Positions 47,075 to 57,776 are shown, numbered from the stretch's first letter. The stretch is 64,000 nucleotides of DNA from a candidate division CPR3 bacterium GWF2_35_18 (GCA_001771135.1 MESW01000003.1:8719-72718), one strand, 5' to 3'. Notes: generated by a model from the sequence alone, not told the origin. A program made the numbers and translations.

Positions 47075-48577
47075 ATGAATAAAACTATTGAAAGACTAGA
47101 AAAACCGATTGGTCGAGGAGTAGAGATTACTATTGGAGTAATTACCTGGTTGGCGATTACTTCTCCAATTTGGGCTTCATATTTCTTTCCGAACATTATC
47201 GCGATATTTATATTATTAATGACTTTTTATTGGTTTTGGAAGAGTTTAAACTATGCTTTTGCGGCGATTTTTGGATTTTACCGAATTTATAAAGATAGCC
47301 GTATAAAATGGATTGAGCTAGTTAAAAATGAAAAGGATTATCAAAAACTCCGGCATATTATTTTGCTTCCAAACTATAAAGAGCTTGAAGATAAGCTAGA
47401 AATCACCATAAATCATATCTTAAGTCAAACTATTTCTCCGCTTAAAATTGGTATTGTGCTGGCTATGGAAGAAAGAGAAGCAGAAAAAGGGAGAGAAAAG
47501 GCCCGACATTTAATTGAAAAATATAAGTCAAAGTTTGGAGATATGATTGCCACTTTTCATCCTGAGATCGTGGGTGAAGTTGCCGGAAAATCTTCCAATC
47601 AGGCATGGGCAGGAAAAAAAGCGAAGGAATATTTTATTGATAAACTGGGATGGAATTTGGATTACACCACGATTACTTCTTGTGATGCTGATTCGCTGTT
47701 TCCAAAAGAATATTTTAGCTGTCTTTCTTATAAATTCCTAAAAAATGAAGATCGATATAGCCGTTTCTGGCAAGGTCATCTGACAGAATATTCGAACTTC
47801 AAAAGAGTCATTCTGCCTATTAAGCTTATGTGTAGTATGAATTCAGTCCTGCGTATGGGTTACTCTCTCCAAGGAGATTTCTTTATACCTTATTCAACCT
47901 ACAGTAGCAGTTTGAAACTTATTCATGAAGCTGGATATTGGGATGTAAATGTAATTCCCGAAGATTGGCATATGTATATGAAAGCGTTTTTTCACAAAAA
48001 AGGAGAGATCAAAACCGAAGCGATTAACATGACTATTCATGGTGATGCCATCGAAGGAATAAACTTCATTGACGCTCTCAAAAATAGATATATCCAAAAT
48101 CGCCGTCATGCTTGGGGAGTCACGGATATCCCCTATTTTATTAAAGAATTTATGAGACAACCGAAAGAACGATTTCTTAAAAAATTATATGTTTTATTTA
48201 GAATTTACGAGGTACATTTTTTGTGGCCAACTTCATGGTTTCTCCTAACTCTTGGAATCAATCTTCCAACGATTATCAATCCTGCCTTAAAAGAAACCGT
48301 ATTGGGATATAATTTCTCTAGAATCTCCGGGACAATCTTGGGTCTTTCCTTTTTCTTCACAATTTTCTTCATTGTTCTTGACCGAATGGCCCGACCACGC
48401 GAAACTCAAAATGAAACTTTTAAGGACAAAATTCTGTCACTGTTACAATGGGTTTTAATGCCTATTATTTCACTCTTTGCGACAGCTTTACCTGGGTTGG
48501 ACGCTCACACACGGTTAATGATGAATAAAAAAATAGAATATATCGTAGCCCCAAAGGGAATTAGCAAGAAAAAATAA
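47075..48577 (+). CDS. Membrane-embedded family-2 glycosyltransferase (processive beta-glycan synthase-like)
   Basis: 500 aa; N-terminal and C-terminal TM bundles; SCDADS (DxD) and QNRRHAWG (QxxRW-like) motifs. Confidence 0.55.
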   Translation: MNKTIERLEKPIGRGVEITIGVITWLAITSPIWASYFFPNIIAIFILLMTFYWFWKSLNYAFAAIFGFYRIYKDSRIKWIELVKNEKDYQKLRHIILLPNYKELEDKLEITINHILSQTISPLKIGIVLAMEEREAEKGREKARHLIEKYKSKFGDMIATFHPEIVGEVAGKSSNQAWAGKKAKEYFIDKLGWNLDYTTITSCDADSLFPKEYFSCLSYKFLKNEDRYSRFWQGHLTEYSNFKRVILPIKLMCSMNSVLRMGYSLQGDFFIPYSTYSSSLKLIHEAGYWDVNVIPEDWHMYMKAFFHKKGEIKTEAINMTIHGDAIEGINFIDALKNRYIQNRRHAWGVTDIPYFIKEFMRQPKERFLKKLYVLFRIYEVHFLWPTSWFLLTLGINLPTIINPALKETVLGYNFSRISGTILGLSFFFTIFFIVLDRMARPRETQNETFKDKILSLLQWVLMPIISLFATALPGLDAHTRLMMNKKIEYIVAPKGISKKK

Positions 48578-48588
48578 TAATTTTTATA

Positions 48589-49755
48589 ATGGAAACTGAT
48601 CGTTCAATCATAAACAAAGCTTATTCTATAGCTGAAAAATCTTTAAAATCTTGTTATAACGATTATGGAGTATCAGCAGGAAAACATCATTTTGTTGATA
48701 TTTGGGCTAGAGATAGCTTTTTTGCTTTACTTGGAACGGATGACTACAAAACTTTGAAACTTAATCTTCAAACCTTTTTATCATATACAAATAAAAACGG
48801 GCATGTTCCATATAGGATTTTATTAAGCTCAATAAACTTGATGAAGTATTTAGGCAAACCTACTTATCTTGATTCACCAAAAGCAAATTATCGATCATTA
48901 CAAACTGGAGGAAAGATAGTTGATGGAGGTCTTTTGTTAGTTATTTCATTAAATTATTACATTCAAAAAACTAAGGATCTTAAATTTCTAAACCAGCACT
49001 GGCAAACAATTAAAAATATCTTTTATTTCTATAATAAATATCGTAAGAATGATTTGTTAAAACAAGATTTGTTATGCGAATGGTACGATGCCGTATACAA
49101 ATCAGGATATAGTTTATATTTAAATGTTCTCTATTTAAGATTTTTGAAAGATTTTTCTGATCTTGCTTCAATACAAAATGATTTGTCATTAAAAAATGAA
49201 TCCTTCGAAATAAAAGCTAAACTATATGAAGATTTTATTATAAAATTTTGGAATGATGATTATTTCGACGATTGGATAGATTTTAAAAATAATCATATCT
49301 TCAATCCTAATTATAATCTTCTTGCGGTAATATTTGATGTGATTGATAAAAAATATCAACATACTATTATTCATTATCTTGATAAAAACTATAAATCAAA
49401 TGATTTTGCCCTCGAAACAAGTTATCCCAAGTATCCATTTTGGAGAATTCCCTTTTATAATTATTTACTCGGTGTTGGCGATTACTGTAATGGTTTAAAA
49501 TGGCTGCAATCAATTTGTTTCTATAGCGTGGCGTTAAAAAATATAGGGAAATTGAAGGAATCACAGAAAATTTTGAGAGTTGTCGCAGAGAAAATAGTAG
49601 AATATAATGATGTTTACGAAGTTTATGAAAGGAATGGTAAACCCTTAAAAAGATTGTTCTATAAATCTGAATCTCCTTTTGCATGGAGTTCAGGTTTATT
49701 CTTATTTGCATACAAAGTTTTGTACGAAGATTTTAGATATTTATGGAATAATTAA
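48589..49755 (+). CDS. (alpha/alpha)6-barrel glycoside hydrolase-like protein (GDE_C/GH63-like)
   Basis: 388 aa; DIWARDSFFALLG motif typical of amylo-alpha-1,6-glucosidase-like folds. Confidence 0.45.
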   Translation: METDRSIINKAYSIAEKSLKSCYNDYGVSAGKHHFVDIWARDSFFALLGTDDYKTLKLNLQTFLSYTNKNGHVPYRILLSSINLMKYLGKPTYLDSPKANYRSLQTGGKIVDGGLLLVISLNYYIQKTKDLKFLNQHWQTIKNIFYFYNKYRKNDLLKQDLLCEWYDAVYKSGYSLYLNVLYLRFLKDFSDLASIQNDLSLKNESFEIKAKLYEDFIIKFWNDDYFDDWIDFKNNHIFNPNYNLLAVIFDVIDKKYQHTIIHYLDKNYKSNDFALETSYPKYPFWRIPFYNYLLGVGDYCNGLKWLQSICFYSVALKNIGKLKESQKILRVVAEKIVEYNDVYEVYERNGKPLKRLFYKSESPFAWSSGLFLFAYKVLYEDFRYLWNN

Positions 49756-49757
49756 TA

Positions 49758-50882
49758 ATGTATATTAATGGTTATGGTTCTTGGGGTAATTGTAGTGATG
49801 CACATACTAGAATAGATATTTTAAACCGTTTTTCTCCTTGGTATACAAACAATTTTAGGATACGTTCGTATGGATACATCGATGATGGTCATATTTTATA
49901 TTGCAGAACTAATCCACATTCTCAAGATATTTTTGATTATCATGAACTAGATAAAAATGCTAATCTAATAAAGATTCAGGGAGAGACATATGCAAAAAGA
50001 ATTGATAATTTTGTTTCTCACTGTTTTCATAACTTCAAATTAAAACAAGTTATTCCCTTAAAGGGTTGGTGTTCTTGGAATACTTATTTTCAATACATTT
50101 CTCCAGAAAAAATTAAGACTCAAATCAGTTATGCCAAAATAATTAAAGAGAATCTGGATAAAGATTTTAAATATTTTCTCATTGATTTTGGCTATAGTAA
50201 TGTTGGAGATCTTATAACTAACAACAATCAGTGGATATACAAATCAATAGAAGATATTAATTCCCAAGGATTAATATCTGGTATTTGGATAAATCCTTTT
50301 ACTTCAATCCATAAGTTTGAACATAATACTCATATTAAATCCAAATTTAAAAAGTTATTTTTAAGAACGGTTGCTTGTAATTCAAATAAGATAATACCAT
50401 TATATTTAATGTCCATACACGACTTTGAATATCAAGAGTTACTTCTAAATAGAATTAAATATTTATATGATTTAGGAATACGTTTATTTAAATTTGATTT
50501 TAATATCTTTTTATTTTGGCAGAATGAAAATTATTTAGACATTTTAAAAATATATAGGAAATTTTATTTAAATGTAAGAAAAGTTGCACCCAAAGCTATT
50601 TTGATCGGTTGTGGTGTCCCCCTTTTTGATTCTATTGGTTTATTTGATTATGTTAGAGTAACTAAAGATTCTTTAATTGCGCCTTTTTCACCAAAACAAA
50701 TAAGGAACTTTGTCCAAAATATCCGTCAGCAAGACATAAACAGAGCAATTAAAGTCAGAAAGCCATTTGACGGTCTTCTTTGGCACGCGGACTATGATCA
50801 AATTGATGATCCGAAAATATATATAAAGAGTAATGATAAAATAAAAATGGCTGGATTTGATTTGAAGAAAATGTTAACTTAG
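49758..50882 (+). CDS. Putative glycoside hydrolase (clan GH-D alpha-galactosidase-like?)
   Basis: 374 aa; GWCSWNTYF… resembles GWNSW start of GH27/36 catalytic barrel; weak. Confidence 0.35.
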   Translation: MYINGYGSWGNCSDAHTRIDILNRFSPWYTNNFRIRSYGYIDDGHILYCRTNPHSQDIFDYHELDKNANLIKIQGETYAKRIDNFVSHCFHNFKLKQVIPLKGWCSWNTYFQYISPEKIKTQISYAKIIKENLDKDFKYFLIDFGYSNVGDLITNNNQWIYKSIEDINSQGLISGIWINPFTSIHKFEHNTHIKSKFKKLFLRTVACNSNKIIPLYLMSIHDFEYQELLLNRIKYLYDLGIRLFKFDFNIFLFWQNENYLDILKIYRKFYLNVRKVAPKAILIGCGVPLFDSIGLFDYVRVTKDSLIAPFSPKQIRNFVQNIRQQDINRAIKVRKPFDGLLWHADYDQIDDPKIYIKSNDKIKMAGFDLKKMLT

Positions 50883-50912
50883 ATAACGTATAATTTTGAA
50901 AAAATATAAAAC

Positions 50913-52049
50913 ATGAGTCTTCAAAAGAATATCGAGAAAAAACGAATACTACTTTTATATGCGTCTATGGGTATGGGTCATAAAAAGGCCGCTGATGTGT
51001 TAGAGAAAGAACTATCAAAGATAGATAATATAGAAATATTAAATATTAATGTGCTTTCGATTATTAGTTCTTTTATTGTAAAAGCTCTCCCAGACCTCAA
51101 TTTGTTATATAGAACTTTGTACAGTTTTTCCATAATTAACACTAAAATGTTACGGTTTACTTTAAGAAGAAAAAAAAGTATTTCTTATTTTAATGAATTA
51201 TTTATCGATAGCGCCAAAAGTGACGTTCTAGAATTCATTAAACAAATAAAGCCAGATATTATTATATGTACTCATGCTTTTCCTGCAAATATAATTTCAA
51301 ACTTAATAGAAAATCGAAGTATAAAAAATACGAAATTTTTTATTGTAGCAACTGATTATGTGTCACATAAAACCTGGCCGCTTAAAAACGTTACTGAATA
51401 TTTTGTTCCAAATAAAGAATATAGAGATTCTTTAATATTACAAAATGTTAAAGATCCGATAACGATATCCGGAATTCCAGTTTCTAAGAAGTTTTATGAA
51501 CTTTACTATCATCAAAAATTCAAAGATAATAAAGAAGTACTTTTTATTATCGGTTCGAATAGGTATGATTTAGAAAATTTAAAAATAACTAAAAAGTTAG
51601 ATAAATTTATTAAACTATTTAATAAGTATAAACCGGATTATAGTCTTAATATAGTTTGTGGAAAAAGTGAATCACTGAAGAAAAAATATGAGAAAATTTG
51701 TCAGAATAATAAAAAAATAAAAGTTTATGGATTAGTCGAGAATATGTCTGAGGTATTAGAAAAATGCGAATTAGTAATAACCAAAGCAGGAGGAATAACC
51801 TCTACTGAAATAATTGCTGCGGGTAAAATTTTAGTTTTTATAGCAGGACTTGGAATACAAGAGCTTGAAAATATTGAATATTTAGAGAATAATAAAGTAG
51901 CTAAATATTATGATAATATTAAAGATCTTTATAATGATATACCATTGTTATTAAGTAATGAGAATTTAAAAAAAGTTTCAACTAGTTGTAAAATTTTTCA
52001 GAAAACTTCGACGTTAAAAATAATTGTAAATGAGATTTTAAAAAAATAG
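50913..52049 (+). CDS. GT28-family glycosyltransferase (MGDG synthase/UgtP/MurG-like)
   Basis: 378 aa; N-terminal ILLLYASMGMGHKKAA and C-terminal LVITKAGGITSTEIIAAGK motifs. Confidence 0.7.
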   Translation: MSLQKNIEKKRILLLYASMGMGHKKAADVLEKELSKIDNIEILNINVLSIISSFIVKALPDLNLLYRTLYSFSIINTKMLRFTLRRKKSISYFNELFIDSAKSDVLEFIKQIKPDIIICTHAFPANIISNLIENRSIKNTKFFIVATDYVSHKTWPLKNVTEYFVPNKEYRDSLILQNVKDPITISGIPVSKKFYELYYHQKFKDNKEVLFIIGSNRYDLENLKITKKLDKFIKLFNKYKPDYSLNIVCGKSESLKKKYEKICQNNKKIKVYGLVENMSEVLEKCELVITKAGGITSTEIIAAGKILVFIAGLGIQELENIEYLENNKVAKYYDNIKDLYNDIPLLLSNENLKKVSTSCKIFQKTSTLKIIVNEILKK

Positions 52050-52053
52050 TTAT

Positions 52054-53508
52054 ATGCGTATTGTTTTTACCTCTTTTTATGAAAAGCCATCAATGGGCGG
52101 TGGACCGGGAGTCATAACACATGAACTGCCACAAGTTTTTTCCAAGAATCATGAAGTGCTTTTTATCTGTCCGGGACGAAAAAATAGTCTAAAAAAAGTT
52201 AACAAAAACCTAAAAGTTGCTTATATATCTAGTGAAACAAACAGAGAAATTTCAATTCCTTTCTTAAGTGTTCCTAATGTTTTTCATATATTTAAAACGC
52301 TATCTGATTTCAAACCGGATGTGATACATTCCCAGGACTTTGATCCTATTTCTCTAATCTGTCAGATCTGGGCGATCGTTCATAATGTTGCTTTTTTCCA
52401 TACTATTCACATTTTTCCAGGAAAACGAAGCGAATTTGGAATTTCGGAAGCCTCAAAAACATTCTCGAAATTCTATGCTTCAAAGTTTTTTGGAAGTTAT
52501 GTCATGAATTATTTTGATAACTGCGACGCTCTAATTACCTTAAATCAATCTGTGGAGGACAACGTCCGTAGCTTTGGTTATCAAGGAAATACCTTTATAA
52601 TTCCAAACGGAATTAGATTAGAAAATTATCAAAAGACGAAAAAAACAGATATTAAAGCAACTAAAAAAGAGCTTCTTTTTGTCGGGTTCCTTTCCAAAAG
52701 AAAAAATCAAGAGTACTTAATTAATGTTATGAAGTATCTTCCTCAAAATTATCATCTTACTTTGATTGGAGATTCTATAAATCAAAGTTTCAAAAAGGAG
52801 ATGTTACACTATATTCATGAAAACAATTTAGATAAAAAGATTACTATTAAAAATAAATTGCCACATGACATAGTTACAAAATACTTAAAAAATACGCACG
52901 TGTTTGTCTCAGCCTCTATTATGGAGTTGCAAAGCTTAGTAATTCTGGAGTCACTTGCTTCAGGAACTCCAGTGGTTGGATTATCAAACGATACAATCAA
53001 CGAACTTATTGATAGTGATACCGGTTCAAAATTGCCTCAAAATACCACCCCTATGCATTTTGCAAAAGAGGTAGAAAGGATCTGTAAATTATCGGAAAAG
53101 GACTATTTGATTCTTTCTGAAAACGCACGCTCAAAGATCTCTCACTTAGATTGGAATATTGTTTCCGAAAAAATGGTTGCTGCTTATAAAAGAACCATTG
53201 AATACAAAAAGATTCGCGATCAAAAACAGAAATATAAGATGATTACCAGAATAATTCCGATTTTTAATGATCTTAATTTCGTCAAGTTTATTCGTAGCTA
53301 TATTAAAAAAATCTTGTCATATTTACCATTTGAGGTAGAAAAGAAAGAAATTGAAGATTACAAAATGCAACCGAAAAAGCTACTTGAGTTGAAGTGGCAG
53401 TATCTATATCTATTTATTATGATTTTAACAACGCTTTCGGGAGTATTTACCTTTAGATTGATTCGCAACACCAAAAAAATTAAAAGCATATTATCAAAAA
53501 AGATTTAA
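52054..53508 (+). CDS. GT4-family glycosyltransferase with C-terminal TM segment
   Basis: 484 aa; ESLASGTPVVG (E-x7-E region) typical of GT4/GT1 retaining transferases. Confidence 0.65.
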   Translation: MRIVFTSFYEKPSMGGGPGVITHELPQVFSKNHEVLFICPGRKNSLKKVNKNLKVAYISSETNREISIPFLSVPNVFHIFKTLSDFKPDVIHSQDFDPISLICQIWAIVHNVAFFHTIHIFPGKRSEFGISEASKTFSKFYASKFFGSYVMNYFDNCDALITLNQSVEDNVRSFGYQGNTFIIPNGIRLENYQKTKKTDIKATKKELLFVGFLSKRKNQEYLINVMKYLPQNYHLTLIGDSINQSFKKEMLHYIHENNLDKKITIKNKLPHDIVTKYLKNTHVFVSASIMELQSLVILESLASGTPVVGLSNDTINELIDSDTGSKLPQNTTPMHFAKEVERICKLSEKDYLILSENARSKISHLDWNIVSEKMVAAYKRTIEYKKIRDQKQKYKMITRIIPIFNDLNFVKFIRSYIKKILSYLPFEVEKKEIEDYKMQPKKLLELKWQYLYLFIMILTTLSGVFTFRLIRNTKKIKSILSKKI

Positions 53509-54615
53509 TTGAGCTTCATATTTTCCATTTACGGTGATAAATTGAGAGGCTCTTCTTATTGAAATTCCCATCTTTTTTAACTCAAAATGTGAATTGATCT
53601 TTCCATATTTTATCCTTCTTTGTATTATTTTATCGACATTATCAGGTCCAATTCCCGGTATTTTTAATAAGTTATTTCTAGGTGAGGTGTTAATTTCTAT
53701 TGGATATAATTCAGGATGGCTTTCCGCAAAAGCAAGCTTTGGATCTTTTTGTAGGCTCAACATTTTATTTTTCCCGAGAACTATGTCGTTTTTCTGAAAA
53801 CCATAAAACCGCAAGAGAAAATCTGCTTGATATAATCGATGACCTCGTTTTGTAGTTGAAGCGGTTACATCCTGAAGTGGCGATCCGGAAACTGGCGAAA
53901 AAGAAGAATAAAAAATCCGCGTCAATTTAAGCTGTCTATATAATAACTGCATTGTATCTAGAATTTCAGCATCACTATCTCGAGTTGCTCCAACTACAAA
54001 CTGCGTGGTTTGAGAAATATTTCTTTTATATTTAAGATTATATTTTTGACGGATTGTATTCAGACGAATGACTGTTTTTAATACCTCGTTTTCATAATTT
54101 TTGTCGGGAGAAATTTCCTTTAACCTCTCAGAATTAGGAGCTTCAAGGTTGAGAGAAACACGGTTACTTAATTTTAGTGCTTCTTCTAAATAAATATCAG
54201 TAACTCCAGGCATAATTTTAAGATGAATATACCCATGATAATGATATCTCTGACGGATAATCGTTGCCGTTTCCAAAATCTTTGACATCGCTGTTTGGGA
54301 ATTTCCCAAAATTCCGGATGAAAGAAATAAGCCATCAACAAGTCTTTTTCCTATAAGCTCCATAAAAGTTCTAGCCATATCATCAGGACTTAAAACAACA
54401 CGAGGGGTATTCATACAAGCCTGATTAACACAGTAACGGCAGTGTTTGATACAAGAATTAGTTTGTAAAACTTTAAAAAGTCGACAATATCCATTACCTG
54501 TTTTTGCAAAATACACTCCCGGAATTTTTTGGTCAATTCCTTCTTTGGGACCACAAGTATCATATTTTGCTGAAGGCCCTAAAATTTGAAGTTTTTTATA
54601 TACAGAATCTAACAT
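53494..54615 (-). CDS. Radical-SAM DNA modification/repair protein with C-terminal helix-hairpin-helix
   Basis: 373 aa; CIKHCRYC (Cx3Cx2C); C-terminal IPGIGPDNVDKII HhH; divergent from lexA. Confidence 0.6.
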   Translation of the reverse strand: MLDSVYKKLQILGPSAKYDTCGPKEGIDQKIPGVYFAKTGNGYCRLFKVLQTNSCIKHCRYCVNQACMNTPRVVLSPDDMARTFMELIGKRLVDGLFLSSGILGNSQTAMSKILETATIIRQRYHYHGYIHLKIMPGVTDIYLEEALKLSNRVSLNLEAPNSERLKEISPDKNYENEVLKTVIRLNTIRQKYNLKYKRNISQTTQFVVGATRDSDAEILDTMQLLYRQLKLTRIFYSSFSPVSGSPLQDVTASTTKRGHRLYQADFLLRFYGFQKNDIVLGKNKMLSLQKDPKLAFAESHPELYPIEINTSPRNNLLKIPGIGPDNVDKIIQRRIKYGKINSHFELKKMGISIRRASQFITVNGKYEAQLNLF

Positions 54616-54625
54616 AATGATACTC

Positions 54626-54674
54626 TTGACATTCGGTTTTTATTCGGGTAACATATATCCAAAGAATACCCGAA
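54626..54674 (+). promoter_or_regulatory. lexA promoter (TTGACA-17-TAACAT) overlapped by palindrome TTCGGGTA-N16-TACCCGAA (candidate LexA operator)
   Basis: -35/-10 hexamers and inverted repeat read directly; located in 86-bp divergent intergenic region between radical-SAM repair gene and lexA. Confidence 0.5.
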
Positions 54675-54701
54675 TATTTATTTCAAGTCAAGGAGTACAA
54701 A

Positions 54702-55322
54702 ATGTCACCAGTAACTATTTATAAAAAACAGAGGCTAATTGTCGATTACATAAAACAATACATTCAAAAATATGGAAGCTCCCCTACTTTAAGTGAAATT
54801 GCTGACGCGATGGGTGTAAGATCACTTGCAACCGTACACGAACATCTGGAAACATTAGAGAAAAAAGGTTTGATCAAAAGATTTCAAGGTGCAGTTCGCG
54901 GAATTCAGATTTTGGAAGAAAAGATTAGTGATAATTTACAAGGAATTGAACTCCCTCTAATTGGATATATTGCGGCTGGCAAACCAATTGAAGCCATTGA
55001 AGATCATACGCAAACAATCTCTGTTTCACCATCAATGTTGACCGGTAAAAAACGTGGATTTGTACTCCAAGTCAAAGGTGAATCAATGATTGAAGAAGGA
55101 ATCCTTGATGGGGATTATGTGGTAATTGAACAGCAAAATACGGCCAATAATGGAGATATTGTGGTCGCTTTATTAGAAAACGAATTTGCGACCTTAAAAA
55201 GATATTATCGTGAAGCAACCCGGATTCGCTTAGAACCGGCAAATGCAAAGATGAAACCGATATACAGTAATGATGTCCAAATACAAGGCAAGGTTGTTGG
55301 AGTAATCCGAAGATTTCACTAA
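54702..55322 (+). CDS. lexA: LexA repressor (S24 peptidase)
   Basis: 206 aa; N-terminal wHTH, Ala-Gly cleavage site (IAAGKP), catalytic GESM Ser and LKRY Lys. Confidence 0.9.
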   Translation: MSPVTIYKKQRLIVDYIKQYIQKYGSSPTLSEIADAMGVRSLATVHEHLETLEKKGLIKRFQGAVRGIQILEEKISDNLQGIELPLIGYIAAGKPIEAIEDHTQTISVSPSMLTGKKRGFVLQVKGESMIEEGILDGDYVVIEQQNTANNGDIVVALLENEFATLKRYYREATRIRLEPANAKMKPIYSNDVQIQGKVVGVIRRFH

Positions 55323-55400
55323 AAGTATTTATTTATATTCCCTTCTTCCTACTAATTATGTTAAGATAGTAATCTGTGATCTTTTCATTGTAAAAACACT

Positions 55401-56042
55401 ATGCAGACGATTAAATTCATAATTGATCTATTTATTCATTTAGATAGATATCTCGCCCAAATTATAGACGCCACGGGGTCATTAACTTACCTGATTCTAT
55501 TTCTGGTTATTTTTGCCGAAACCGGTTTTGTTATTACTCCTTTTCTCCCTGGTGATTCTTTACTCTTTGCCGCTGGAGCTTTGGCAGCGAAAAATATATT
55601 GAATATATACGTTTTGTATTTTAGTTTATTATTAGCAGCTTTTTTAGGAGACACTATTAACTACTGGATTGGAAAGAAGATAGGTTCAGAAGCTTTCAGA
55701 TCTAACTCAAAGATTTTCAAGAAAAAATATTTACATAAGGCCCAAGATTTCTACGAAAAACACGGAGGAAAGGCTATCATTCTGGCTCGATTTGTTCCTA
55801 TTGTGAGAACGTTTGCTCCATTTGTAGCTGGAATAGGAGTAATGAGTTATCCCAAATTTTTACTTTATAATTTAATTGGTGGTTTTCTCTGGGTTTCTTT
55901 ATTTTTGCTGGGTGGATTTTTTCTAGGAAATATCCCTTTTATCAAAAATAATTTTCATTACACGGTTATTTTAATTATCCTCATCTCCATAATTCCAATC
56001 ATTGTCGAAATAATAAAGTCAAAAAAAGAACCAAAGGATTAA
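55401..56042 (+). CDS. DedA-family membrane protein
   Basis: 213 aa; TPFLPGDSLLFAAG DedA signature. Confidence 0.8.
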   Translation: MQTIKFIIDLFIHLDRYLAQIIDATGSLTYLILFLVIFAETGFVITPFLPGDSLLFAAGALAAKNILNIYVLYFSLLLAAFLGDTINYWIGKKIGSEAFRSNSKIFKKKYLHKAQDFYEKHGGKAIILARFVPIVRTFAPFVAGIGVMSYPKFLLYNLIGGFLWVSLFLLGGFFLGNIPFIKNNFHYTVILIILISIIPIIVEIIKSKKEPKD

Positions 56043-56088
56043 AGTTTGGTTTTTGTGATATACTTTCTCCAAAGTTACTTCTAATACA

Positions 56089-57135
56089 ATGAAAATTGCT
56101 TGTTTAGTTTCCGGAGGAGTTGATAGTTCAACTTCATTATATCTTTTACAACAACAGGGTTTTAAACCGGAAGCCTTTTATATCAAAATCTGGATGGAAG
56201 ATGATTTTTTTGATTGTCCTTGGAAAGAAGATCTTGAGTATGTGAAAAAAGTGACGAAGAAGTTGAAAGTAAAACTAAATGTTGTTTCAATGCAAAAGGA
56301 ATATTGGGATAAGATAATTAAATATACACTAAATGAAGTTCGGATTGGAAGAACTCCAAATCCAGATGTCTTTTGTAATACCTTTATTAAGTTTGGACTT
56401 TTTTACGAAAAATACGGAAAAGACTTTGATAAGGTTGCTACGGGGCATTACGCAAGAATAATTAACGATGATAAAGCATACTTAGCTAAAGCAAAAGATC
56501 CCAGTAAAGATCAGGCTTACTTTTTGTCTCAAATGACAAAAAGACAACTTTCCCGTTGTATGTTCCCTGTAGGCGATTTATTAAAAACCGAAGTACGTAA
56601 AATCGCCAAAGAAGCTAATTTAGCTACTCATAGTAGACCTGATTCACAAGGTTTATGTTTTTTAGGAAAGGTTAATTTTAAACAATTTTTAGAAAAGTAT
56701 GTGGGGATAAAAAATGGAGATATTATCGACTTAGATTCAAAACAAGTTATTGGAAATCATCAAGGACATTGGTTTTTTACCCTCGGTCAAAGAGAAGGAC
56801 TGAAGATTGGAGGAGCCGGATTACCATATTACGTAGCTGATAAAGATGCGTTAAAAAATATAGTATATGTAGTCAAAGGACAAGATCATAAAGCGCTTTG
56901 GAAAAATAAATTAGGAATCTCCAATTTGAATATTCTGGTATCAGATAGTTTAGATGAAACCAAAATATATGACGTCCAACTTCGCTATCACAGCAGTATT
57001 ATAAAAGCAACAATTAAAAAACAAAAAAATAATCTGAAGTTGATTCTACAAAAACCCTATTTTGCTGTCGCTCCAGGACAAATCGGAGTTTTATATGATA
57101 AAGATTTAATTGTTGCTTCTGGAATAATAAAGTAA
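56089..57135 (+). CDS. mnmA: tRNA-specific 2-thiouridylase MnmA
   Basis: 348 aa; PP-loop SGGVDSS, catalytic Cys positions, C-terminal beta-barrel. Confidence 0.85.
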   Translation: MKIACLVSGGVDSSTSLYLLQQQGFKPEAFYIKIWMEDDFFDCPWKEDLEYVKKVTKKLKVKLNVVSMQKEYWDKIIKYTLNEVRIGRTPNPDVFCNTFIKFGLFYEKYGKDFDKVATGHYARIINDDKAYLAKAKDPSKDQAYFLSQMTKRQLSRCMFPVGDLLKTEVRKIAKEANLATHSRPDSQGLCFLGKVNFKQFLEKYVGIKNGDIIDLDSKQVIGNHQGHWFFTLGQREGLKIGGAGLPYYVADKDALKNIVYVVKGQDHKALWKNKLGISNLNILVSDSLDETKIYDVQLRYHSSIIKATIKKQKNNLKLILQKPYFAVAPGQIGVLYDKDLIVASGIIK

Positions 57136-57150
57136 CTAGAATTAAAACAT

Positions 57151-57774
57151 ATGAAATATAAAAAATCAGATAAAGAATTAAAGGATAATCTTAATCAACA
57201 AATTATATTTTTGAAAAGATCTTTTGATACTTTCGACAAAGGTAATTTTGACGAAGGGATTAGAATTGCTACTAGTATTAGAGTATTACTTCATGATACA
57301 CAAAGACAGAAATCACTATTAACTTTATTGGGTATAAAAGAAGATCTATTGTTCTATGATACGGCTATAAGTTATAACCCTAATAGTCTCACGAGACAGA
57401 TTTTACTTGTAGAAATTCAATTAAGTAGTTTACCAAATGAATCAAGGTATAAAGCTCCATTAAGCGAAGGTGTCCCTATTAGATATATTAACCCAAAAAT
57501 TCAATTTGAAACTTGGTGGTCAAAAAATATTGTAATAAAAGATGAATCTGGGAATACTTTTTCCAGAAAGGATTTAATTCTAAATATCTGCGATAAAGAA
57601 GGTGGTGCTCATGTGGATTTGAACTTAGACAACAATTTTGCTTTATTAAGTAAAAAAAACTTGAAAATGTTTCAGATTAATAAAAATACAGAAATCTTAA
57701 TATCTGGAGGAGAATTAGTTTCGATAAGACAAATTGGTTATGAGGTTCTTAGAAGTCTTGAAGATAAAATATAA
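57151..57774 (+). CDS. Hypothetical protein
   Basis: 207-aa ORF; no recognised motif. Confidence 0.4.
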   Translation: MKYKKSDKELKDNLNQQIIFLKRSFDTFDKGNFDEGIRIATSIRVLLHDTQRQKSLLTLLGIKEDLLFYDTAISYNPNSLTRQILLVEIQLSSLPNESRYKAPLSEGVPIRYINPKIQFETWWSKNIVIKDESGNTFSRKDLILNICDKEGGAHVDLNLDNNFALLSKKNLKMFQINKNTEILISGGELVSIRQIGYEVLRSLEDKI

Positions 57775-57776
57775 AT

